Below, one piece after another: positions 11,301 to 23,300 of a stretch of 64,000 bases of DNA (position 1 is the stretch's first letter; each line of letters begins with the position of its first letter). The translations under genes and the position numbers were made by a program. This stretch comes from Azolla caroliniana (Eukaryota; Plantae; Polypodiophyta). Under the pieces are notes generated by a model that was not told the DNA's origin, made no database searches, and saw only the letters and a program-made list of their open reading frames with translations. The DNA is taken from the NCBI GenBank assembly GCA_043228905.1, contig JBHGNT010000008.1:19158001-19222000 (forward strand), in the 5' to 3' direction.

Positions 11301-14300
11301 GCTCTAACATGTATCGATGTGTACGGTTTCCCCGTTCCGCAAAGAATATGGTTTTGTAGTTAGGTGCAACATGTGTAGTATAATGTGTGAAGCGTGAGCC
11401 TCCACATTTGTCCCATGTCATGATACATTGCCGTTGAAAAAAGGCCTCATTTACAGAGGAATCTAGTGATGCATCATGAAGCAAGTGTTTTGCATCCCAT
11501 CTACCAAACCATTTTTCTATATCTTGCATCCAACCGGAACACAAAATTTTGCTTTTATACGTCTTTTGGATCTTTTTGCTTGCTTCCCATGCAATTCTAG
11601 GAAGTCGATGTGAGGAGGAAACGATCCCGTCTCAAGGAGGAGGAGGGTGTAGGGCATTTGTTTCTTAAGTTAAGAAACAAACGCCCTACCCTCCTCCTCC
11701 TTGAGATGGCCTCTAAAAGATTGCTAGACTATTTAAAGAACTAACTATTTTCTATTTGATGTTTGATTACTAAAACCCATAAATCATAAGGTGGGAAGTA
11801 GATTGGTGGTTAACTAACGTGTTCACTTGGAAAAAACAGAAGTGCCCAAGAAACATACGCCCTACACCCTCCTCCTCCTCGAGACGGGCTCTAAAAGATT
11901 GCTAGACTATTTAAAGAACTGACTTTTATATTTGATGTTTGATTACAAAAGCCTATAAATCATAAGGTGGGAAGTAGATCGGTGGTTAACTAACGTGTTT
12001 ACTGGAAAAAACAGAAGTGCCCAAGAAACATGTGTTCACGCCTAGCTTGCAAGAATAGGCATCAAATGTAGCATCTATGCATTTATCAACTACTTCGCAA
12101 GGTAGCTCTAGTTCCATTAATCATGAGACCATGATAAATGAAATGTAAACATGTTCCTACAGAAGAATTCTTGGAGAGAGTTTTTCTTAGAACGGGCTCT
12201 AAAAGATTGTTAAACTATTTAAAGAACTGACTATTTTATATTTGACGTTTGATTACAAAAGCCCATAAATCATAAGGTGGGAAGCAGATCGGTGGTTAAC
12301 TAACGTGTTCACTTGGAAAAAACAGAAGTGCCCAAGAAACATGTGTTCACGCCTAGCTTGCAAGAATAGGCATCAAATGTAGCATCTATGCATTTATCAA
12401 AAACTTCGCAAGGTAGCTCTAGTTCCATTAATCATGAGATCATGATAAATGAAATGTATACATGTTGTGATCAAACTTCATTCTGGATTAACATATAATC
12501 TATACAAATTTTACTAAAGAATTTTCTTATTGTATCAGTTTGTGCTGTGCTTGTAATGTTAAGTATAATATCATATTATTTTTGCTGTTCTTTCTCTTTT
12601 GTGATTGGTCCCTATGTTGGATGGCATATAGTGCATAGATGTCATTTAAACTTCGTGCAGCACATGCATATATTTTTGGAATATCAGAGAAACGATGCTG
12701 TCAGATTATGTTGTGCCATAAATATCCATTCAAGCATTTTTACGTTACATACACTATGTGTTCGTGTACCTTTTACAGCATAAAACTCGACTTGCACAAT
12801 CCGTCAGAGATACTGATGCAATAAATCGGGAAGGATGTAACATACAAGCCATATGGAGCAGTGACTCGAAAACTGTTTTAGTACTTGTAAGTATTTATTA
12901 ATTTCATAACTAGCACACAAGAAAGAGTTTTCTAGGGTATGTAGCATATGATATACATGGGGTCTTTGCATAAGATATGTTGCAAGCTGACACATTGATG
13001 TCTTCCATGTTTGTTGCATAAGCTGAGCCATACATTCCAGATTTCATGATTCTATGTAACTATGTGCATGGTAAGATATATTTACCCTAAACTGCATTAC
13101 ATAGAGATCTCACTGAACAGTTGTAGTTTGCTATATATTAAAGTGTTTGTTAACCCTAACCATAATATAGAGGACTTGATATTATGATCAATCAACATTC
13201 TCACAACACACTTCATACACCTTCATAAATCTAAGAAGTAGGTTTCACTTATTTTTCTCTAGTTTACTTCATGTACTTGTTTCATGTCAAATGTTCTGTG
13301 TTAATAGAGATTATACTTGGAACAACAGAATTTGCAATGATCATGGTTTCAGAAAGGACCGTGATTATGTGAAGCAAGGAAATAGAGTTTGATATGTCTA
13401 TTTGCAGTGACATAAAGGATTTCTTATTTGTGTGCATTTTTATACTGTAACTGCTGCTTCTTCGTGCATCTCAGAGTGACATAAAGGGTTTCTTATTTGA
13501 TAAATAATTGTATTCTGTTCCAGACAGCTGCAAACTATTTACTTTGCTATAAGCTAAGCACCTCTGGTAAGCAAATACGATTTAGTGGAAGAGAGGCTAC
13601 TGGTGTGTTCATTATTAATTTGAAGCTTTCCTCAAGCTTGAAATTACCATCTTTACATGGGACGACTTCAACGTAAGAGTTCACTTTCTTGTATATCACA
13701 GCGTGTGAATGGGCATATACTGTAGTTGATAGATTTGTTATTTTTCCAGGAGCAACTTTGCAGGAACAAATGACAGTGCGATATTGGGTCTTTCAGATGG
13801 GTCTTTGCAGCTTATTTCATGGTCTGGTGAGGTAAAAAATTTCAACCTGTTGTTTCATTTTTCAATTTTCTAGTTTTCTTGTTCATTCATTTGTTTTCTT
13901 GATTATGCAGCCCTTGGATTCTGTGAAAGTTTCTAGCAAAGATAGTTATGTGCCTGAAAAGTCTTCCCTGGAAGAGGATAACCATGATATTACCATCCTA
14001 GGTCAAGCAAAGTCTTTCAGAGAGATGAGAAACTTAAAGTTAAGTTTCACACAGCTGGAAGTGTCAGTCCAACTGAACCTTCTTATAGCAGTGCTCCAAG
14101 ATGGCCAGGTATTACTTTGTACAACAAGCAAGAAAGGTGTGAGGAAAGGTTCAGACATAACAGCAGAGAGGTGGTTAGGTATTTGTGATGCAGTCTGTGC
14201 TTCTGTAGCTCATGAACAAAGCATTCTTGCTGTCGGGTCTAAAACTGGAGATGTTAATCTCTTTGACCTTGCGGACAATGCAACACTTATCCGAACAATA

Positions 14301-17300
14301 TCTCTATATGATTGGGGGTGAGAAATTTGACCTACTTTCTCTAGGTCATTAATCTATAGCCAATTAAAAATATATATACACAACCATCTAGTTATACAAG
14401 AGAGATCTATGTTCATTTACTAATGTATTTTGAATGGAGTGAAATACTGATAGTTTATCAGTTAATAATTATTTAAGAATGATTCTCTTTATTTAAGGTA
14501 GATTGTTTTGGATTTTTTCTAGCGGACTTCATGTATTTGATGAGGTATATAATATTGTAGAAAAGGTCAACATACTGTTGTGTCAAAGCCACCTTTGTAT
14601 TATGATCAAAATTAGGCTGCAAATTGTTTTTATTCAAGTTATTATATAGTTCTGTTTTCTCAAGAAAAGGGAGATGAAGTCACATGCTCACAGATCATCA
14701 TTTGTATGTGGTGATATAATGCTGTTAAAATAGCTGTTCTGAAAATTCAGAATTGGGATCCGCAATAGAAGAATCAGAGCGCAAATGCACTCTATATACC
14801 TTACATGGTTTTTTCTAAAGTGTTCTAGCATTTCCTTGATTTAAGCCATAATGCCTCTTGTATTCAATTCTCTGACTTTGTATAATCGCATAATGGTATT
14901 GGGAAAATACAATTGGATCAAAAGATATAAGTTTTCTTGTTTAAATATCATTTCAGATATTCGATGGAAGATACTGGAGCAGTAAGCTGCATTAGGTGGA
15001 CACCTGACAATACTGCATTTGCAGTTGGATGGCAGCTTCGAGGCCTGGCTGTGTGGTCTTCTTCTGGATGTAGGCTAATGTGTACAATTCGTCAAAGTGG
15101 GCTACATTCAGCTTTTTCACCAGTCTCTAAACCTGGTCAAGATCTGCGCAGATCTGAGCCTCTGAGTGCTGGTGTAATATGCATGGATTGGGAAGATAAT
15201 GCTTACCAGCTATTTGCCATTGAATCGGGCAATGCAGAAAGAATGGTTGCATTTACATTTGGAAAGTGCTGTCTGAATAGAGGTATCTCTGGTGTTTCAC
15301 ATCTTCGCCATATTATATGTGGTGAAGACAGGGTACTCCTTTTGCAGTCAGAAGATGAAGATGAGCTTAAAATTCAGCATCTGATTGTGCCGGTAGGTAG
15401 TTCATAAAGAGCTAAATTTCATTGTAGACTGATTGTTTTCATATTATGCTGATACACAATATCTATGACATACAGCAATCTTACATCAGCGCAAATTGGC
15501 CAGTTTTGAATGTAGCTGCAAGTAAGGATGGAACACATTTAGCCATAGCAGGTTCTCGAGGTCTGATAATCTATGACTTGCGATTAAAGAAGTGGCGTGT
15601 CTTCGGGGATCTAATGCAAGAGCAGCGAATTAGCTGCAGAGGCTTACTTTGGCTGGGCAAAATTGTGGTTATATGCAATTATAACGATACAAGCAAATTG
15701 TAAGTTCCTGTTTAGCACTAACTGCATCAATTTCTTTGGTTCTTCAAATTTGAGGACTTTGTACAACCAACAGTAGGATCATGAAAATAACTGTTAAGGT
15801 AACATTTAGTCTATAATGTAGATCTAAAGAAAAAAGCTAAAAGTGATCATATTTGTTTCAGCAATTATCATGTAAAACTTTCTTCTGCTCCTACAGCATC
15901 CATTATGGGCTTCAGTGTATGCTACAGAGGTTCCTTCTTCACATAATTTAGATGATGCCTTACTGGTAATTTATACTAGAATTCAACTTTGCAACAATCT
16001 GACAGGGAATAAGCCCCAATATTTGATGACTAGTCTTCTTGTGCAGTGTAATAGAATTCTAGATTTTAGAAAGTTTGAATCTCCCTTAATATGGGCAAGT
16101 ACAGTATGGAAAGTGCATTTCAGTTTCAGAGCTTAGTAGTGTTATTCTGGTATATCTGATGGGACCTTTGGTTAGTTATCTTTTCATCGTTCTTGGAATA
16201 ATGAACAACTATATTTTGGTCAGCGTTTTGCATCATGAGATGTTTAATCTGAAGAGTTGGTGGTACTCTGCAGGTATGAACTGTGCTTTTATCCACGTTT
16301 CCATCTAGATGAAAGTTCTTTGCTTTGTCGGAAGGTTCTGCCAGACAAACCTATAGTCATGGATATTTGGCAAGATTATATTCTGGTTACCTATCCTCCT
16401 TTTGATGTTCATGTTTTCCAAGCTAGATTATCAGGCAAGCTCAATCCAACACAGACTTCAAGTTTGCAGGTATGGGCATCATTAAGTAAACGCTATGTTT
16501 TCTAGTTTCCTTTCAGAAATTTTGTAATGAGAGAAGGAACAGCTTGTCACAGCACGGGAACTTTCGATAATGACTGCAAAGAAGCAACCTGTGGCTATGC
16601 GCTTTTTACCTCACCGCATAACACAAGATGGGAAAATCTCTTCAGATATTGACCTGTCTGTAAACAATGATGTTCACGGCTCCTTTGAAGATTCTGTTCC
16701 CAAACAGCCATCCAGGTCTCTATTTTTTATAATTCATATTAAAAGGGGTTTTGGTGATCTATAGGCCAAGGTTTATACAATCTCTCAGGTTGCAGGTGTC
16801 TTATCTTGAGAATCAACGGGGAACTCTCACTTCTGGACTTGGATGAAGGTAGTGAACGCAAACTAACAGGAGATGTAGAACATTTCTGGGTAACCTATAA
16901 GCAACTGGATGGAGAAGCGAACTTGATAGAAGAAGTTTCATGGTTGGCTTATGGACATCATGGAATGCAGGCACAGTTGAAACTCTTTATAATTGTTTGT
17001 TTGATAGATTATCCTATTTCTTGGAAGGGCATTATCATTAGCATACCGATTTAATATTTTCTCATATCCCATATTTCCAGGCATGGTATCCATCTTCTGG
17101 GGCGGATTCATATCAGTTGCAAGACTTTCTGCAGGTTCTCATTAGACACATTTCCACAATGATGCATTTATTTTGGTTTATGATTTTGAAGTTGTATCTA
17201 TTTTTGCAGCTGGACCCAGAGCTCGAATTTGACCGAGAAGTATATCCTTTGGGGCTGGTACCATATTCTGGTGTAGTGGTGGGAGTTTCGCAAAGACTTT

Positions 17301-20300
17301 CATTTTCAGCAGGTGTGGAGATGCCTTGCTTTGAACCTTTGCCACAAGCTCAGACTATCTTACACTGTCTACTTCGTCATCTTATCCAGGTTCTAGTTCT
17401 TTGTTCCTGTTTTCTAGTGATTCGATATTTTTCTAGCTGGATGCCATGTACTTGATAAATCTATTATTGACATTTCAAGGATGTTGTAACTGAAGATATT
17501 TAGTGCCTGTTACAAATGTAGGAATTGTTTGTCTTAGTATCAGCATTCTCAGGCAATGCAGTGGCCTGGATGTTGTCCATGTAAGCCAGCATTTTTATGT
17601 ACATTTTAGGCAAATTCGACTATATATGGTTCCTATATCCTATATAACATGACAGCTATATCTGCAAATCTGCAACCCTCGATCAGTCTGTATGGAGTAC
17701 CAGAGAATCATCACCTTTTATTTGTCTTCTATCTTCATTTGTATGCTGGAGGATGACATACAACATTAGGTATAAACATGTCTGCAAATTAAAATCATTT
17801 TCAAATTTTCAGAACACTGGGGGAGGTAATCTGATATGGCATTGAGGACGTGGTATCAACTATAGACAGTGCTATGACAAGGGCCATGCCAAGCAAGAAT
17901 GTGTCAGTCAGCATCATGGTTATAAATATCTATTTAGTAATCATTTTCAATGTCTTGATGATCTACTTGTCTATCTCTTAATGGCTGCTGCTGACCTCTT
18001 TTAGTTCTGTCGGTTGCACCCTTTTTTCTTTCCTACAGTTTATCTGATGATCCACCCATTCTTGCATCCCATTTTCCAAGTGACTTTCATCACTCTGGAA
18101 AAGCACTTGACAGGGTTCCAAACAAATTATGTAATGGAAAGGTCACAAACATTGGAGTGGTGTCCTACAGGGTATAGTGGGTTTACTAGCACAGTAAAAT
18201 CTACACTTCGTGAATTGGAATAAATCTTGTGATGCTGAATTTGCTAGAATATGATGTTGACTTGTGTAAACTGAATTAGGGAACTTAATGAATTTGTGAA
18301 TGTCATTATGTTTTGGATATCAATAGAGTAAAATATAACTAGAAAAGGAGTATAGTGTTTTCATAGCAAAGGCTCTGTTTAAAAATCAAACCTTGTGCCT
18401 TTGGGGGAAAAAGGCATATGAACATAATCATCTAAATTTCATGCTCTGTGTAATGTTATTCACCTCGTTTTAACTCAAGTATTGTGCTTTCAGGGTGTGA
18501 AGAAAGTTTTATAATAATATATCTTCTAATTGTTATTGCCTTATTTTGATCTTTGATTAATTGTGCAGCGTGAAAAAATGGATGATGCTTTGCAACTTGC
18601 CAGATTGTCTGCAAAAAGGCCACATTTTTCACATTGTCTTGAGTGGTTGCTTTTTACGGTGTTTGATGCTGTAGTTTCTAGGTATGTTCAAAATAGACTG
18701 AGTTTTTCCTGAGATATTTATCAAACAAATACTTAATCATTGTATTTGATGAAAGATTGTTAGCAGAAACTTTAAGATGTGTTAAACTTTTGTTTGATGG
18801 AAATGTCTCTATTTGTTTGTACGCTCTTGTTCATTTAATCAGTTGTAAAGAGTTATTTACAACGAGTACATTTATATGGATTTTTAAGGCTGGGAATGGT
18901 GATATTTCTTTAGGGGTGGAGAAAGAAAGAAAGAAAGATATATTAACATCTTTTAAAAGGCCAAGATGGCCTATAAGACCAAACAAGAGATTACATCTTA
19001 AGTGTTGTCTCGTTTTTGGAAACAACAAATCAAAATAGAATAAGTATTACTTACAGATGAGGGAATCTGGTTTTCGGCACATGTGAGATTCTCAAGTTAG
19101 ATATATTGTAACTTTTGTCTTCAAAATATCTCTAGCATAGGTCGATCCAGAATGGAGAGGTCTCCGAAGCGAGGGAAGAATCTGCGATGGCGGGAGATAA
19201 TGGCCTTTATCTGTTGATGACAAGGGTGCTGTGGACGTGGTCCATGGGGCCAGGGCCTATTGCCCGATCTATTGAAACCCCGTTATGTTAACATCTATTT
19301 TTGTTTTTACGATCTTGTTCGTTTAATAAGTTGAACAGAGTTACTGACAATCTATACACGTATGAAATTATAATGCTGGGAATGGTGATCTTTCTTAAGA
19401 GGTGGAGAAAGACAGATTTATTAATGTCTTTTAGGAGGCAGCTAACATTGCCTATAAGACCAAACAAGAGTTTTCATCTTAAAATATTGTCTCTTCTTTG
19501 AGGGCAACAAACCAGAATACATATAGCTAAATCTGGAGACCTGGCAAATTTTTACTAGGCACATAATATTCTGAAATTAGATGGACTAAAACATCTGCCT
19601 TTGAAAGATCTCCAATATGAGCTGATCCAAATGGAGAGGTTTCACGGAAGCTGTATTGGTGTCAGGTTATAATGCTGGGTGGTGGTCCGGATGGAGGCGG
19701 ACTATGCACACAACAAATTCTATTGCTTGACTTATTGTCACCCTACTTATGTAGTCCTTGATTGACTTGTAACATGCATAATGGAGCTAAAAACAATTGT
19801 GGTGGTTCTTTGTTAATGAGCTGTTAGGGTGGTACTTGTGGCCTCTAACGTCTTTTCTATATGTCTCGAGTTCTAGCAGAAGTCCCAAGCAACCCTAGAT
19901 GTCGTATCTGTTACCTTGCATAGTAGATCAAAGCCTTGTGTGAAGAGGCGGTGCTATTTTCCACTTATCTCATAAACAATAGCACTATGACAAAAAGTGT
20001 TCCTCCGATTTCACCATCTGATAGCAGAATTAGTTGATCTGTTCTTCCATTATTTATGAAAGGGTTGGGGTTGATCCATATTCTTTTATTATCCAATTTT
20101 ATGATATTAGGTCAGGTCACTCTATTCTTTTCCACTTTCTTCATGTCTAGGTATGGGCAATCCAAGTTATATTGGAATGGGGGTAGTGCGTTTATTATTA
20201 TGCCATGTGATTGGAACCATTCAGCATTTCAGCATACTGATAATTATTATCTCCATCTTGAGCCAGCTGTTTTGATGGGATAAATGCCAATCTTGAGGAC

Positions 20301-23300
20301 CTTTGCGTTTGGAACACCAAATTACTTGTATATCAGTCACTGATTGGGGCATTGTCTCAGTCGTTGTTGAGGCTGCTCCTGTCTCTGCCCGGATATCATC
20401 ATGGGTCTGAAGGATACAACTAATGATTAAGCAAATAGACATATAATTAAAGGAAAGAAATGGATTAAGGGCACTTTTCCACTCCACCTGAGTGAAGGAA
20501 TTGAGACGAATCCTGATCTCTGTCAGCGTCCCATACCACTGAATATTGCCAAACGTACCTTGGATGCAATCATGGGGTAGCGATGCTTAGCTCCTTACTA
20601 TGTGGGTCATCATTTAGACTGAAGTTTCTCCAAATCTGTTTAGTTATGTGCGCATGGAGGTTCAGTCCCAAGTTTCTGCATTGTAGAAACAACCACAGTT
20701 TAGTGTGGTTCTTTGAATTGTATATGTGCACATTGTCTTTCAAGGGCACCGAGGGTTGCATATTCACAAGAAATTCAAGCACTCACAACTCACTTTAGTT
20801 TTGTCAAGGTTGACTAACAAATCTTTATAATCACGTCTATGCAAAATCACGTCTTTATTGTCAATCTGAAGAATTGAATACCAACTCAATGTCAACCTAT
20901 AGTAATATTGATATGGCTATCCCTGCCAATTACGCTCCTGAAGCCCCCAATCTCTCTAATATACCTCATGTATATGAAGAGCCAAAGAGAGTCAGTGATA
21001 GTGGGTATCTCTTGTTTGCTATTATTAGTTGTACGATGCTAATGGTCTGACATTTTGGTCAATGAAAATGAGATTGACTTGGCTCTCTGAATGAATGCTA
21101 GAGTGATTAACTGGTCTACTATACCTAATACATGCCACAGGTATCTGCTATATCTATACTTAATTGATTTTAGTATCTTTAGTGGTAGCAACCAAAACAA
21201 TATCTCGTTAGAGCTTCTTCCAGTAAGCTTGCAAATTTTCATATTTATGTTTAGTGCTATATTTTGTTCTAGCTGTACTGTCTCCTCAGCGGAACTTGTA
21301 TCTAATATACCAATCTGGTGAGTTCATATAAAGTATAAGCAATATTAAGAGTATCTCCAAGTCCATGTCCAAGTCCATGTGATTCTGAATATGATATATG
21401 CAACATTTCTTTGTGTTATATAATTCCTTTGAATATGCAACTGTTCCAGTGGGGTAGGGCAGTGTGTCATATTATTAGTTGTCCCACTATTAATGCTTTA
21501 TGGCTTCTTGTTTACACCAACTTGTTCCCATTATAGTATTTTCTTAACTATTTTCTGTATTTAGATGCTTGGAGTTTTGGATACTGATGCTAAATCATGC
21601 TTTTTTTATTGACAGTCAAAATTTTAGTAAGTCAGAATGGACTAGCCCCATCAAGTCAGATTCTTCTAGTTTGCTGCATCAAACTTGTGACTTAATAAGG
21701 AACTTCTCAGAGTATTTAGATGTGGTAGTGAGCGTTGCAAGGAAGACAGATGGAAGACACTGGAATGACCTCTTTGCTGCTGCTGGAAAGTCCACAGAGT
21801 ATGAAATGTCCCTTTGTCAATGCTAGTAGGATATACTACTCAGAACAAAATATGGGCGGATTTCATAGCTTTTGACATTAGTTTTAGATATATGAATATC
21901 CCCATGAATATTCACATGCTTGTTATTACCACCTCAGGCTGTTTGATGAGTGCTTCAAACGGCGTTGCTACCGCACTGCAGCTGGCTATATCCTGGTATG
22001 AACCACCATTCGAGAATATTTACATGAGAATATTTACATGTAGATTATGCGGATTCTCTATCTTTATATTTTGCTCTGTTTTTATGATTTAAAGCATTAC
22101 TGCAAACTATTTGTATTAGTGATTATTGTTGTACGACGGTATTAGCATCATCCTGTGCCAATATATTTTTAGCCTGTGGATTTTCCCTTGCTTTTGCTTC
22201 AGGTAATAGAGAAGCTGGAGGGTACACCTGTCAGCCAGTATAATGCATTACGCCTTCTTCAAGTATATATTTGCACTTTATCGATTGTATTTGTCTATGT
22301 AAATCCTGTTACTGATGATGTGGATTGTCATGCAGGCTACATTGGAAGAATCCATGTATGAACTTGCAGGAGAGTTGGTATGTATCCTGAACCCATTTGC
22401 AGTCCACATTTGTGATGTTTCTGGCAGTTTATTGAATGATTTGAATTCTGTGGTTCTCTTAAAAAGGTCCGCTTCCTTCTTCGTTCTGGAAGGGAAATAG
22501 AAGTTGCGAATGAGGAACCAGAGAGAAAGTCCAGTCGTTTTTTAGGGTTATTCCGTTCAAGTCCAGCCAAGGAGACTTTGATCACCTCACCAAATTTAAA
22601 AAGGTAGATGTCTTTAGAGCTTTGAAGCCGAGAATCAGCTTATCATTGTTCCTTTATACATTCTAGATTTGGGTGTGGATGTCAATTGAAGAATTAAATA
22701 TTTAACTCTACTTGCTTTGGATCTGTATGCCCAAACTATAAGAATGGTACGAATATGGCTGTAGAAAACTCCCTTCAATGTGTTTCTGTAAAAGTTTATC
22801 AATCTGACATATGTGTGTCGATGTAGAGTGTAGTTAGACATCATGCTATGTGGATTATCAACTGATTTAGAGTTACAAATATGGATGTAGAAATCTCCGT
22901 GTAAACATTACCATATGCTGCGTCTCTTTTGACACTCAGAGTGTTAGAAATATTGAGAATCGATTAGATAGGTATATAGAGTTACAATTACAGAGATGGA
23001 TATATGAAAACAAAACTTCTATTACATATAAGAGTAGCTCACAATGGTAGTTTACCCATGTGCTCACACCTTAGAGCTTAGATAGGATATGGACCAGCTC
23101 ACTACAAAATTAGTGGGGACTGATGATCAATCCAACCACTGTGTAAGAAAGTGGATTATATTCTATGTTTGGTCTGAGTATAACATTAAATGTGCAAGTC
23201 AATTGATAGTAGTGGAGATATTCCTTTTCTGTCAACTGACTTGTCATTTAATATGACCCAATTCCCTAGATATAGGCCAGTGCTAGATAGTACTTATCTT

